Shown one piece after another: positions 27,345 to 39,120 of a stretch of DNA of 64,000 bases. Under the pieces are notes generated by a model. The model was not told the origin of the DNA and made no database searches. It saw only the letters and a list, made by a program, of their open reading frames with translations. The translations under genes and the position numbers were made by a program. The DNA comes from Isurus oxyrinchus. Lineage: Eukaryota. Location: assembly GCA_026770705.1 (NCBI GenBank), contig JANJGN010000036.1, forward strand, positions 2,356,001-2,420,000. The letters run 5' to 3'. Within the stretch, counting starts at the first letter, position 1. Every line of letters begins with the position of its first letter.

Positions 27345-27845
27345 GGGGAAAGGGATCTCCCTCCTCTTTAAGGATGGAGCAGGGACCTCCCTCTATTTTA
27401 AAGATGGAGAAGGGATCTCCCTCCATTTAAAAGAGGGATAAGGGATTTCCCTCCATTATAAAGATGCAGAAGGAATCTCCCTCCGTTTTAGAGGTGGAGA
27501 AGGGATCGCCATCCATTTTAAAGGTGGAAAAGCGATCAACCTTCATTCTAAATATGGAGAAGGAATCCCCTCCATTTTAAAGGGGGATGAGGGATCCCCT
27601 CAATTTTATAGAGGGTGAAAGTGTCTCCCTTCATTTTAAAGATGGAGAAGGGATCTCCTTCCATTTCTGGATGGAGGAGGGATCTCCCTCCATTTTTAGG
27701 ATGGAGGAGGGATCTCCCTCCATTTTAAAGATAGAGAAGGGATTCCCCCTCCATTTTAAAGAGGGAGAAGGGATTCCCTCTACATTTTAAAGAGGGTGAG
27801 GGGATCTCCCTCCATTTTAAAGATGGGAATTGATCTCCTCCCATT
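27345..27845 (+). repeat. ~30-bp minisatellite AAGGGATCTCCCTCCATTTTAAAGATGGAG (short copies also at ~32040, ~52305, ~55735)
   Basis: About 17 tandem units with an internal inverted repeat CTCCAT..ATGGAG. Confidence 0.88.
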
Positions 27846-29499
27846 TCCTATCTTGCTCTGCTTCCCTATCTCTTTCTCTCTCTCTCCCTATTTTCTTTGC
27901 ACACACACAGTCACAATCACACAGATGCTTTCTCACATGCACACACCTTCTCTCTCTTACAGACACCAATTCCCTCTTTTTCTCTCTAACACACACACCA
28001 ACACCTTCACCCAGACACACAGTCACACACATACACACAAACTCTCTCTCACTCACACACACGCACTCGCACAGCTACATTCTTCCTCACACGCACACAG
28101 ATTCTCTTACAGACACCAATTCTCTCTTTCTCACACTATCACTCTCTCTCTCACACACACACAGTCACACACATACACACACACACATTCTCTCTCTCTC
28201 CCACACAGACACACACAAACACCTTCACACANNNNNNNNNNNNNNNNNNNNNNNNNNNNNNNNNNNNNNNNNNNNNNNNNNNNNNNNNNNNNNNNNNNNN
28301 NNNNNNNNNNNNNNNNNNNNNNNNNNNNNNNNNNNNNNNNNNNNNNNNNNNNNNNNNNNNNNNNNNNNGCACCTTCACGCACACACACAATCTCACACAA
28401 ATATTCTCTCTCTCACTCCTCCACACACATTCTCCTTTCTCTCACACACAGTCACACTCACACAAATATATTTTCTCTCTCTCACACACAAACACGAATA
28501 AAGGAGAGATGGCAGCCAACCACTGAATTGAAGGTGTGAGTCTTGTTCACAATGTGTTCAAATCTGGAAAACAGGGCTGACCCTGAAAGCACAAAGTTAT
28601 CAATAGCCACATTGGGCTGCTGTGAATTAAAATACTGTTTTCTCTAAGACTGAATGTGTTATAAAAGAAAATGTCCTGGATGGAGTGATTCACTACCGTC
28701 TGCCACTGCATACAGCATTTGGCCATTTTAAGTTGGTTCGTGGTGGCAATTTTTACACCAAATTCCTGTTTCATCACAGCAAGATTTCCTTAATATTGTA
28801 GACCAATTGATGGGACAGTGCAGAGGGAGCTTGACCCTCTGTATAACCCTGTGTTGTTCTTCTACATTATCAATATTATAACATCTTCTTGTAACATTAA
28901 GTTTCCCTGAGTACTGAGTGTAACATTTGCAGCAGGCCAAAATATATTATTCCTGGTGTTTGTATTATCTGAATCCAGCTGTCAATTCTCTCCTAATGTT
29001 GCTAATTTTGCCCTGACAGGCAGGGGAATAGAGTTCAGCCTCTCAGTGATTTTCCAGATTTAACAATTAAAGGTTTTAAATGGGGGTTTTATGGGGGAAT
29101 GTTGCAGTGATGAGGGGTGAACCTACCAAATCTAGAGCCCCTTTGATGTCAAGGAGCATACAGGACAGGAGAAGGCAACATAGGAACGTTTATATCAGAT
29201 ACTGAGAGCCCAAACACACAGGCAAAAACAGACACAAAGCAACACTCACACACATGCACTCACACAAACAGACACACACACTCACTCAGTCACTCTCACA
29301 CACACACACACACACACACACACATTCACTCACTCACTTTCACACACACACACACACTCACACACACACACACACAGTCACTCACTCACTCTCACATGAT
29401 GGTGCAGCCAACCATTAGGAAGGCGAATGGACTGAGTGACTTTATTGTTAAAGAATTGGAACACATGAGCAAGGAAAAGTTTGATGTGGAATATTTATA

Positions 29500-29990
29500 G
29501 GGAGCTTCACTCTGCAGGTACCCCATTCTCTACATGCCCTGGGATTGTTAGATGGGGACAATATAGAGGGAGATTTACTCTTTATCTAACCCCATGCTGT
29601 ACAAGTCCTGGGAGTGTTTGATTGGGACAGTGTAGAGGGAGCTTTACTCTGTATAGAACCCCATGCTGTACCAGTCCTGGGAATGTTTGACGGGGACAGT
29701 ATAGAGGGAGATTTACTCTTTATCTAACCCCATGCTGTACCAGTCCTGGGAGTGTTTGATCAGGACAGTGTAGAGGGAGATTTACTCTGTATCTAACCCC
29801 ATGCTCTACCAGTCCTGGCAGTGTTTGATGGGGACAGTGTAGAGGGAGCCTTACTCTGTATATAACCCCATGCTGTACCGGTCCTGGGAATGTTTGACGG
29901 GGACAGTATAGAGGGAGATTTACTCTTTATCTAACCCCATGCTGTACCAGTCCTGGGAGAGTTTGATTGGGACAGTGTAGAGGGAAAACT
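29500..29990 (+). repeat. 69-bp satellite block
   Basis: GGGACAGTGTAGAGGGAGCTTTACTCTGTATCTAACCCCGTGCTGTACCTGTCCTGGGAGTGTTTGATG units. Confidence 0.9.
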
Positions 29991-30050
29991 CCTACACGCA
30001 AAGGGTTGTGGAAGTTTGGAAAAGTCCTACCCAATTATAATTGATGCTCA

Positions 30051-30451
30051 GCTTAGAAGAATGAGGGGGAATCTGATTGAAACTTACAGAATACAGAGAG
30101 GCCTGGATAAAGTGGACGTGGGGAAGATGTTTCCATTAGTGGGAGAGAATAGGACTCGAGGGCACGACCTCAGAGTAAAGGGAAGACTTTTTAGAACAGA
30201 GATGAGGAGAAACTTCTTTAGCCAGAGAGTGGTGAATCTATGGAATTCATTGTCACAGAAGGCTGTGGAGGCCAGGTCATTGAATGTATTTAAGACCAAG
30301 ATTGATAGGTTCTGGATTGGTGAGGGGATCAAAGGTTACGGGGAGAAGGCGGGAGAATGGGGTTGAGAAAATTATCAGCCGTGATTGAATGGCAGAGCAG
30401 ACTCGATGGGCCAAATGGCCTAATTTCTGCTCCTATGTCTTATGGCTTATA
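30051..30451 (+). mobile_element. CR1-like LINE 3' end (5'-truncated)
   Basis: RRMRGNLIETYRI..FFSQRVVNLWNSL is the CR1 ORF2 C-terminus, followed by a 3' UTR and TCTTATGGCTTAT tail. An empty paralogous site is present at ~57750. Confidence 0.88.
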
Positions 30452-30733
30452 AGTCATTTTTTAATTTCAAATCTACAATAAACCTGATCTGATGCCTTTC
30501 ATAAATCCAAATATGCCTCTATTCCTCTCTGTCCCTTGCTCAGTTTGTGTATGTGTGCGTGTTTGTGTGCATGTGTGTGTTTTTGTGTGTATGTGTGTGT
30601 GTGTTTTTGTGTGTGTGTGTGTTTGTGTGTGTGTTTGTGTGTGTGTGCCTCTTTCTATGTGTCTGTGAGCGTGTGTCTGTGCACCTCTTTCTGTCTGTAT
30701 CTGTTTCAATGTGTTTCTGCCTGTGCGTGTTTG

Positions 30734-30776
<43 letters not shown>

Positions 30777-30999
30777 CTGTGTGTGTGTGTTTGTGCATGT
30801 CTTTCTGTCTGCATATGTTTCAGTGTGTATGCGTGTCTGTTTATGTGTGTGTGTGTATGTCTGCGTGTGTGTGTGTCCCTTTTGCTCTCTCCGACACACT
30901 GGAAGCCTTTCACATACATCATTTGGCCATTTTACGTTTATTCATGGTGGTGATTTTCAAACTAAAATTCTGTTTTATCACAGCAAATCTTCCTTAATA

Positions 31000-31360
31000 T
31001 TGTACACAAATTGATGGAACATTGTAAAGGGAGCCTGCCCCTCTGTATAACCCTGTAGTGTACCTGTTTTGCAGGTGTCTGTTGGAAAGTGAAGACGAAG
31101 GTTTACTCTGTTTATTACATGTACAGCACCTATCGTGAGTGTGTCTGATGGGGACAGTGCAGAAAGAGATTTACTCTGTCTCTAACCCTGTGCTGTATCT
31201 GCCCTGGGAATGTTTGATGGGTCAGTACAGAGGGAGCTTTACTCTGTGTCTAACCCCGTGGTGTGCATTTCCTGGGAGTGTTTGAAGGGACAGTGTAGAC
31301 AGAGATTTTCTCTATTATTAACCCCGTGCTGCACCATCTCTGGGGGTATTTGATGGCAAC
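31000..31360 (+). repeat. 69-bp satellite block
   Basis: Same unit, degenerate. Confidence 0.8.
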
Positions 31361-31945
31361 ATTCTCACCCAACACGAAAGCATTCCACCAAGCAGGACTC
31401 ACAAATTGAAAATGAGTTTCCTTGTTTGATTCTCCTGGGTCTGTTCTGATTCTCTGATAGATTCCGGGTGCTTATCCTCCACATGAGCAGTTGTCCTAAT
31501 CCCGTGTACCTGTCCTGCTCCCAAACACAGCATCCGACTCCAATAAGGCAAGTGATACAGGAGCGTCTCAGTGAGTGAGACAGGTTTGTCTTGAGCCTGA
31601 CCTGGTTGTATGTGAGTGACCCAGGTTAATCCGACACTCCAGGGACAGTTTAGACAGTTTGAGTGCAATGCAGCTTTGCCAGAATGAGACCTGGATTCCA
31701 AGGGTTAAATAACAAAGTGAGATTGCACAAACTCGGGTTGTATTCCCTGAAATTTAGCAGCATCAAGGGTGATTTGATCAAGTTGTCACAGTATGAGCCC
31801 TTTTCCTGTGCAACAAGCTTTCATCAGACACCTTATGGATTCATTCTTGAAAATCCAAGTATCCTTCGGTCACCAGCTCTCTGTCTCTCGCTCACCCTCT
31901 CGGGCTGTATCTCTCTCACCGTCCCTCTGTCTGATGTTTAAAATT
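31357..31945 (+). repeat. Locally triplicated module (copies at ~35841-36480 and ~59346-59930), including a CR1 fragment at ~31670-31790
   Basis: Colinear, highly similar sequence starting CAACATTCT(C/T)A(C/T)CCA in all three places. Confidence 0.9.
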
Positions 31946-33279
31946 TTAAACTTCTTCATAGCTGCATTCACACAATACAGACAACAATGTGTGGTAGATG
32001 TTGGAAACGCTGCAAATGTTGACAAACTCAACACGCAGGGAAATATCTTAAAGATGGAAAAGGGATCTCACTTCATTTTAATGATTGGGAAGGGATCTCA
32101 CTTCATTTTAAAGATTGAAGGTGCTTCTTATTCCATTCCGTCCCCTCTCCCTCTCTCTCTTTCTCCCTCTCTCACTATATTGTTTACCTTCTCTAGACGC
32201 ACTTTCCTGACTCTCTCTCTCACCACACACACCTCTTTTTGTTCTCTCACCCCTTCTCTCCCTCTCTCTCTCATGCCATCCTTCTTCTCTCTTTCCGCTG
32301 CCTGTGTCTTTCTCTCTCTCTCTCTCATTCGAACTCATTATCTCTCTATTGCCCTGCCTCTGTCTTTCTCTCTCTCTCTCTATTTCTCTCTCTTGCCCTG
32401 TCTCTGTGTCTCTCTCTTTCCCTTTTGCCCAATCTTTCTCTCTCATCCTAACTCTTTTTCTCTCTTGCATGTCTCTCTGTCTCTCCCTACCTCTTGCCCC
32501 TTCCCCCTCTCTCACCCCTGCTCCGTCTCTCTCTCTCACCCTGTCTCATTCCTTAACTCTATCTCCCGCCCCAACTCTCTGCCTCTCTCACCCCTTAGTT
32601 CTGTGTCTCTCTCCCTCAGCTCACTTCTTTAGCTATCAATCGTTCCCCTCTCTCTGTCTCTCTCTCAATCTACATCTCTTCTTCCTTCACATAATCACCT
32701 CTCTTTATCTCTCTGCTTCACCCTGCCTCTTTGTCTCCCTTTCCCACTCATCCCGTCTCTCCGTCTCTCTCTCTCACCACATCTCTTCTTCCTTCACATA
32801 ATCACCTCTCTTTATCTCTCTTCTTCACCCTGTCTCTTTGTCTCCGTTTCCCACTCACCCCGTCTCTCTGTCTCCCTTTCCCTCTCACTCCATCTATATG
32901 TCTCTCTCTCTTTCTCTTTCCCTGTCCCTTTTTGATCCAAAATTGGACATGAAGCTGACGGGAAAACATTTTCAGGGTGACGGAGAAAGGGCAGAGGGGT
33001 GCATTGTACCGTATGTGTGACTGTGTCTCTGTTAATATGTATGTGTGAATGTCAGTGTGTGTCTGTTTATGTACGTCTGCATGTGCCTCCGTGTCTGCCT
33101 CTGTATGTGGGTGTGTGTGTGTCTGTCTGTTTGTTTGTGCCTGTCTGTGTGTGTGTCAGTCTGTCTGTGTCTTTCATGTCTTCTGAAGTATCTCTCACTC
33201 TCCTGACAATTCCTGCCCTGCCTGGTGAAGACATGTAAAGAACTCAAATTAAACACAACCTCATTTCTCCCCATCAACT

Positions 33280-34020
33280 CTGTACTCTGTAGCTAACCCC
33301 GTGCTGTACCTGTCTTGAGTGTGTTTGATGGGGACAGTGTAGAGGGAGCTTTACTCTGTATCTAACCCCGTGATATACCTGTCCTGGGAGTGTTTGATGG
33401 GGACAGTGTAGAGGGAGCTTTACTCTGTATCTAACCTCGTGCTGTACCTGTCCTGGGAGTGTTTGATGGGGACAGTGTAGAGGGGGCTTTACTATGTATC
33501 TAACCCCATGCTGTAACTGTCCTGGGAGTGTTTGATGGGGACAGTGTAGAGGGAGATTTACTTTGTATCTAACCCTGTGCTGAACGCGCCCTGGGAGGGT
33601 TGGGTGGGGAATTCAGAGGGCTATTTAAGCTGCTTCTAACCCTTTGCTGCACCTGCCCTGAGAGTGTTTCATTTGGACAGGGTAGTGGCAATTTACCTGT
33701 ATGTAATCCCATGCTGTAATAGCCCCGGGAATGTTTAAGGGGACAGTGTAGATGGAGATTCATTTTGTATCTAGTGCTGTGCTGCACATGCCCTGTGAGT
33801 GTTTTATCCAGGGTGGTTCACTCTGTATCTAACTCCGTGCTGTAGCTGTCCTGAGAGTGTTGGATGGGGACAGTTTAGAAGGAGCTTTACACTGTATCTC
33901 ACCCTGTACTGTACCTGTCCTGGGACAGTTTCACAGGATAGTTTGGACAGACAGAGCTTTCCTGTATATTGAAACTCTGCTTTCCCTGTCCTGGGAATTT
34001 AGATGGGACAGTGGAAATAG
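33280..34020 (+). repeat. 69-bp satellite block
   Basis: Period 69 (GGGACAGTGT at 33331, 33400, 33469). Confidence 0.92.
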
Positions 34021-34728
34021 AGAGGCCTGGGATATCTTCATGTGGAGGAGATAATGTCTCATATTTGAATTATGATTAAAGGGGCAGTGGCAGAATATAT
34101 GTGACATAGGCTCAGAGACAGATCACAGTGTAGTCAATAACGGTTGTTTCAGATTGGAGGGACGTACAGAGTCATATTCCCCAGTGGATCATATTAGGGG
34201 CCCTGCTTTTTCTGTTATATAAGAATAAACTGGACCTGAGTTCAGAGGGCATCACTTCGCAGTTTGCAGATGTCTCCCAAAGTGACAATGTAGTGAACAG
34301 GAAAGAGAATAGTAGCAGACTTCAGGAGAATATGGTCAGTCTGGTGCAATGGACAGACTGATATCAGGATAATTTCAATAAGGTGATATGTGTCGTGATA
34401 CATTTTGAATATTAGACCGAAGAGGGTCAATATGAATTAAATTGTCCGATGTTAAAGTGGGTGCATAGAACAGAGAAAGCTGCAGTTTCATTTCTGTGTT
34501 GCTTTCTATCTCTTTCTATCTCAATTTTGGGCTGTAGGCCTGAAAATTTCATCCTGAAAGCTGTTAGCAATTACATTAGGGAAATTTGTCAAAAACATTT
34601 TTCCTTCAGAATTCCTGCATTGTGGAAATGTGAGTTATCTTTGCAGAAAGGGAAGATGGGGGGTTTGAATGGATATGCCGGTTTTTGGTTGATTTAACAG
34701 CAAATTCAATGATGTCCCTTTGAGATAA

Positions 34729-34859
34729 AAACAAAGAAAACTGCGGATGCTGGAAATCCAAAACAAAAACAGAACTACCCGAAAAAACTCAGCAGGTCCG
34801 GCAGCATCGGCGGAGAAGCCGGACCTGCTGAGTTTTTCCGGGTAGTTCTGTTTTTGTTT
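34729..34859. mobile_element. Miniature palindromic Penelope-derived insertion
   Basis: Two inverted pLTR 3' ends; 16-bp TSD TGTCCCTTTGAGATAA (34713-34728, 34860-34875). Empty paralogous sites at ~38260 and ~56330. Confidence 0.9.
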
Positions 34860-34937
34860 TGTCCCTTTGAGATAAGCTGGTTACAGTAAGTGCCCCAAGA
34901 CAATTAAAAGCTTCCACACTGTCTGGCTAAATACACA

Positions 34938-34993
<56 letters not shown>

Positions 34994-35089
34994 AAGGTGC
35001 AGCCAACCATTAGGAAGGCAAATGGATTGAGTGTCTTTATTGCCAAAGAATTAGAGTACATGAGCAAGGAAATGTTTCATGTGGACAAT

Positions 35090-35840
35090 TAGAGTTAGCT
35101 TTGCTCTGTATCTAACTCTGTGCTTCTCCTGCCCTGAGAATGTTTGATGGGAACATTTTACAGGGAGTTTTACCCTGAATCTAACCCCGTGCTGTACCTG
35201 TCCTAGGAGTGTTTGATGGGGACAGTGTAGAGGGAGCTTTACTCTGTATCTAACCCCATGCTGTACCTATCCTGGGAGTGTTTGATGGGGGACAGTGTAG
35301 AAGGAGCTTTACTCTGTATCTAACCCCATGCTGTACCTGTCCTGGGAGTGTTCGATAGGGACAGTGTAGAAGAAGTTTTACTCTGTATCTAAACCCGTGC
35401 TGTACCTGTCCTGGGAGTGTTTGATGGGGACAGTGTGAAAGGAGTTTTACTCTGTATCTAACCCCGTGCTGTACCTGTCCTGGGAGTGTTGGATGGGGAC
35501 AGTGTAGAGGGACATTTACTCTGTATCTAAACCCATGCTGTACCTGTCCTGGGAGTGATTGATGGGCACAGTGTAGAGGGAGCTTTACCCTGTATCTAAC
35601 CCTGTGCTGTACCTGTCCTGGGAGCGTTTGATGGGGACAGTGTAGAGGGAGCTTTTCTCTGTATCTAACCCCATGCTATACCTGACTTGGGTATGCTTGA
35701 TGACGACAGTGTAGAGGGATATCTACTCTGTATCTAACCCCGTACTGTACCTGTCCTAGGAGTGTTTGATGGGGACAGCGTAGAGGGATCGTAACTCTGA
35801 ATCTAACCCTGTACTGTACCTGTCCTGAGAGTGCTTGATT
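35090..35840 (+). repeat. 69-bp satellite block
   Basis: About 11 units. Confidence 0.92.
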
Positions 35841-37579
35841 GCAACATTCTTACCCAGCACAAAAACATTCCACAAAACAGGGCTCACAAATTGAACATGA
35901 GTTTCCTTGTTTGATTCTCCCTGGTCTGTTCTGATTTGCTGATAGATTCCAGGTGCTTATCCTCCACATGAGCAGTCATCCTAATCCCGTGTACCTGTCC
36001 TTCTCCCAAACATGGCATCCGACTCCAATAAGGCAAGTGATACAGGAACATCTCAGTGAGTGCGACAGCTGAGTCATAAGCCTGACCTGGGTATATGTGA
36101 GTGACCTGGGTTAATCCGACACTCCAGGGACTGTTTAGACAGTTTGAGTGCATTGCAGCTTTGCCAGAATGAGGCCTGGATTCCAAGGTTTAAATGGTAA
36201 AGTGAGATTGCACAATCTCGGGTTGTATTCCCTGAAATTTAGTAGCATCAGGGGTGAGTTAATCAAGTTGTCAAATCCTGAGAGGAATGAGGGGGGAGAT
36301 TAGGGGAATGTATGAGCTCTTGTCCTGAGTAACAAGCGTTGTGGAGCATCTTATCGAATCCCTTTTAATCAGACAAGTATCCTTCTGTCACTTGCTCTCT
36401 GTCTCTCTCTCACCACCTCCATCTGTATCTCTCTCACTGTCTCTTTGCCTGTTTTTCTTGTGACTAAAACTTTAAACCTCTGTACTGCTGGATCCACAGA
36501 TTGCCAACAGCAATGTATATGATATTTTATAAATGCTGCAAATCTTGTTATCTCAGTGTACAGGGCACCTAAATGTTGCAATGTTATCCTGCTAATTTTC
36601 ATCCCACTGAGTCAAAATTTCTGCGATTCTGTGACTGAGTCAGAACTTCAAATAGTTCAGTTTCACTGTTTAAAATATGCAGTCACTTTTCTGTGGTAGT
36701 TTTAGAGATTGAGTTTGGAGCTCAGAATCTGTCGGTGGAATTGAGTTTCTGCCGTCATTTTCAGGCATTCCTGTATTTTGGAAATGTGTGCGATCCATTC
36801 AGAGATAGGAAATGGTATTGATGAATAAAGTTGCAGCCTTTTTGTTCATTGCATTAGATTGTGTCTGTTGCAGTTTCACAGGAGTTTACATTTTCATGGG
36901 AAAAGAATGATTAACCAATGCCTAGAATTCAATTTCCTCAGACAACTGAAAATGCAAAAGAAAGAGAGAATATACAAACCCTGAAACAGACAGGCAACTG
37001 TATGAGGAATGTTATAATTCTCTGCATGTTTTAATGTCCTGAGCTCACGATTGAAATAAACAAGAGTTTAAATCTCACACTGTGATGCTGTGTAATTTGA
37101 GTTCTGTTTCTCCTAAAATTTGAAATCACAATCAATAATTAAAAATTCCTTGCACAGAGCAGAGGGAATTTGACTTGGTATCGAACCCATACTGTAAATG
37201 GGTTGGGAGTGTTTGATGAACAGTGTAGTCAAAACTTCACTCTGAAACATTGGAATTTAGGTTAAGGGGTGATTTGATCAAATGCTTCAAGATAATAATG
37301 GAAATGGAGAGAGTCATTAAAGACCAACTATTTCTGCTGCTTGCAGAGTCTAGCACGAAACAACATTGGATTGCAGACTATGTTTCGAATTTTAGAGCTT
37401 TTGGAGTGAAATTCAGAAACACTTTGCCACACCAGGTGGCAATCTTCTGCAAATGGCAATTGATGCAAAGTACCTGTTAATGTTAAAATGTGAGGTTGAT
37501 AGATTTTTGTTAGCCAAAGGTGTAATGAGATATAGATTTAGATCAGAGATCAGCCATGATCTCATTGAATGTCAGAAAC

Positions 37580-37930
37580 AGGGGACAGTGTAGCGGGAGA
37601 TTTACTCTGCATCTAACCTGTGCTGTACATGTCTTGGGAATGTTTGATGGTGACAGTGTAGATGGAGCTTTACTCTGCATCTAACCCCATGCTGCACCTG
37701 TCCTCGGAGTGTTAGATGGAGATAGTGTAGACGGTTCTTTACTCTCTATCTAAACCTGTGCTGTACCTGTCCTGGGAGTGTTTGATGGGGACAGGGTAGA
37801 TGGAGCTTTACTCTGTATCTAAACCTGTGCTGTACCTGTCATGTGAGTGTTTGTTGGACGCAGTGTCAATTGAGCTTTAGTCTGGATCTAACCCCGTGCT
37901 GCACCTGTCCTGGGAGTGTTTGATGGGGAC
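37580..37930 (+). repeat. 69-bp satellite block
   Basis: About 5 units. Confidence 0.88.
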
Positions 37931-37959
37931 AATTTATTAACATCTTTAATTCCAATCTT

Positions 37960-39120
37960 ACTCCGCGCTGTCCAATAATGGATGCAGAAAGAGAGAAATC
38001 TGTGGTTTCATTTCTGTGTCACTTTCTGTATCTTGAAGCTTCCATTTGGAGCTGAAATTCTGTCAGTTGATGAATGTTGTCCTGAAAATTTCACCCTGAA
38101 TAATGTGAGCCTTAGTATTGTGGAAACATGTGAAGAAAGTTGTTTGCATTCACACAGTCCTACATTGTGAAAGGTGAGTTATCTTTGAAGCAATAGGACG
38201 TCGGTCCAGGTAGTCTATGTACAAACAGGTTTTGGTTGATTAAAGAGCGAATTTTAATGATGTCCTTTCCAGGAGCCGTTTACTGTAAATGCCCCGAGAC
38301 AATGAAATGCTTCAGAGCTGTTCATAGGAAATGTCTTGAGAGAATGAAATGGGTCCTCAATATCTGATTCACTATCCAAGTCTGAAGAGACATGATGGGG
38401 CCAGAGATATTGTAAGATACAGATCATGAGATGCCAGAGAATCACAGAATTGAAGTTGTGGGGCCCTCTCCAGTTCAGAATGTCAGTTTTGATGTTTTAA
38501 TCTGTGAACCTGGGCGATTGATTCAGAAAGCAGAAGGTTCCAATCCCACACTTTGCTGTTGTGAATTTCAATTCTGAATTTTCTAAAATTGAACCTGGAA
38601 TTAATAACCTCTGGGATGGAATGATTCTCATTCTGTCTGCTGCTGCAAAGCCCGTGTGTGTGTCTCAGTGTCTCTGTTTTTATTAACGATTTAAGATAAT
38701 GGGGTAGAATGCCACAAGTTTGCTAATAGGCACAAAAAGCAGCAGCATTGTCAACATTGTAGCTGGAAGCTTCAAATTCCATATGAATGCCTTAAATGAA
38801 ATAGTGAAATAGTGAAAGATGGATTTCATTGTAGGCAAATGTGTGGCCACTCACTTAAAAAAAGATGGAACAGCTTACATTATAAATGGTGAAAATCTGC
38901 AAACAGTGAGGGTCCAAAGAGACTTTGGAGTCCCTGTCCATTTGTGTCAAGACTAAATATTTCCAATGAGAAATTAAATTTGATCTTTGAGATAAAACTG
39001 TTTTAGCAACTCACACGGCACATTACATGAATCAGCCTCTGTAACCTGCACTTCAGCACATCACAGGAAAAATGATATTTTCAAGTGTTAATGATTTCAA
39101 CCAATCATTCAATGTAAAAA
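37960..39120 (+). repeat. Duplicated module (paralog at ~56030-57210; diverged partial copy at ~34470-34930)
   Basis: Colinear sequence, e.g. GATATTGTAAGATACAGATCATGAGATGCCAGAGAATCACAGAATTGAAGTTGTGGGGCCC in both copies. Confidence 0.9.

Noticed and set aside
27345-27845. CRISPR-like 30-bp palindromic repeats
   Set aside because: No unique spacers, no cas genes, eukaryotic context.
31399-31701. ~100-aa minus-strand ORF open in all three module copies (also 35884-36186, 59355-59690), ending at a GTGAG donor-like site
   Set aside because: No ATG start; the 5' end is antisense CR1; about 19 of 100 residues differ between copies 1 and 2 (changes look mostly non-synonymous); the donor is lost in copy 3. 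Staying open is compatible with chance.
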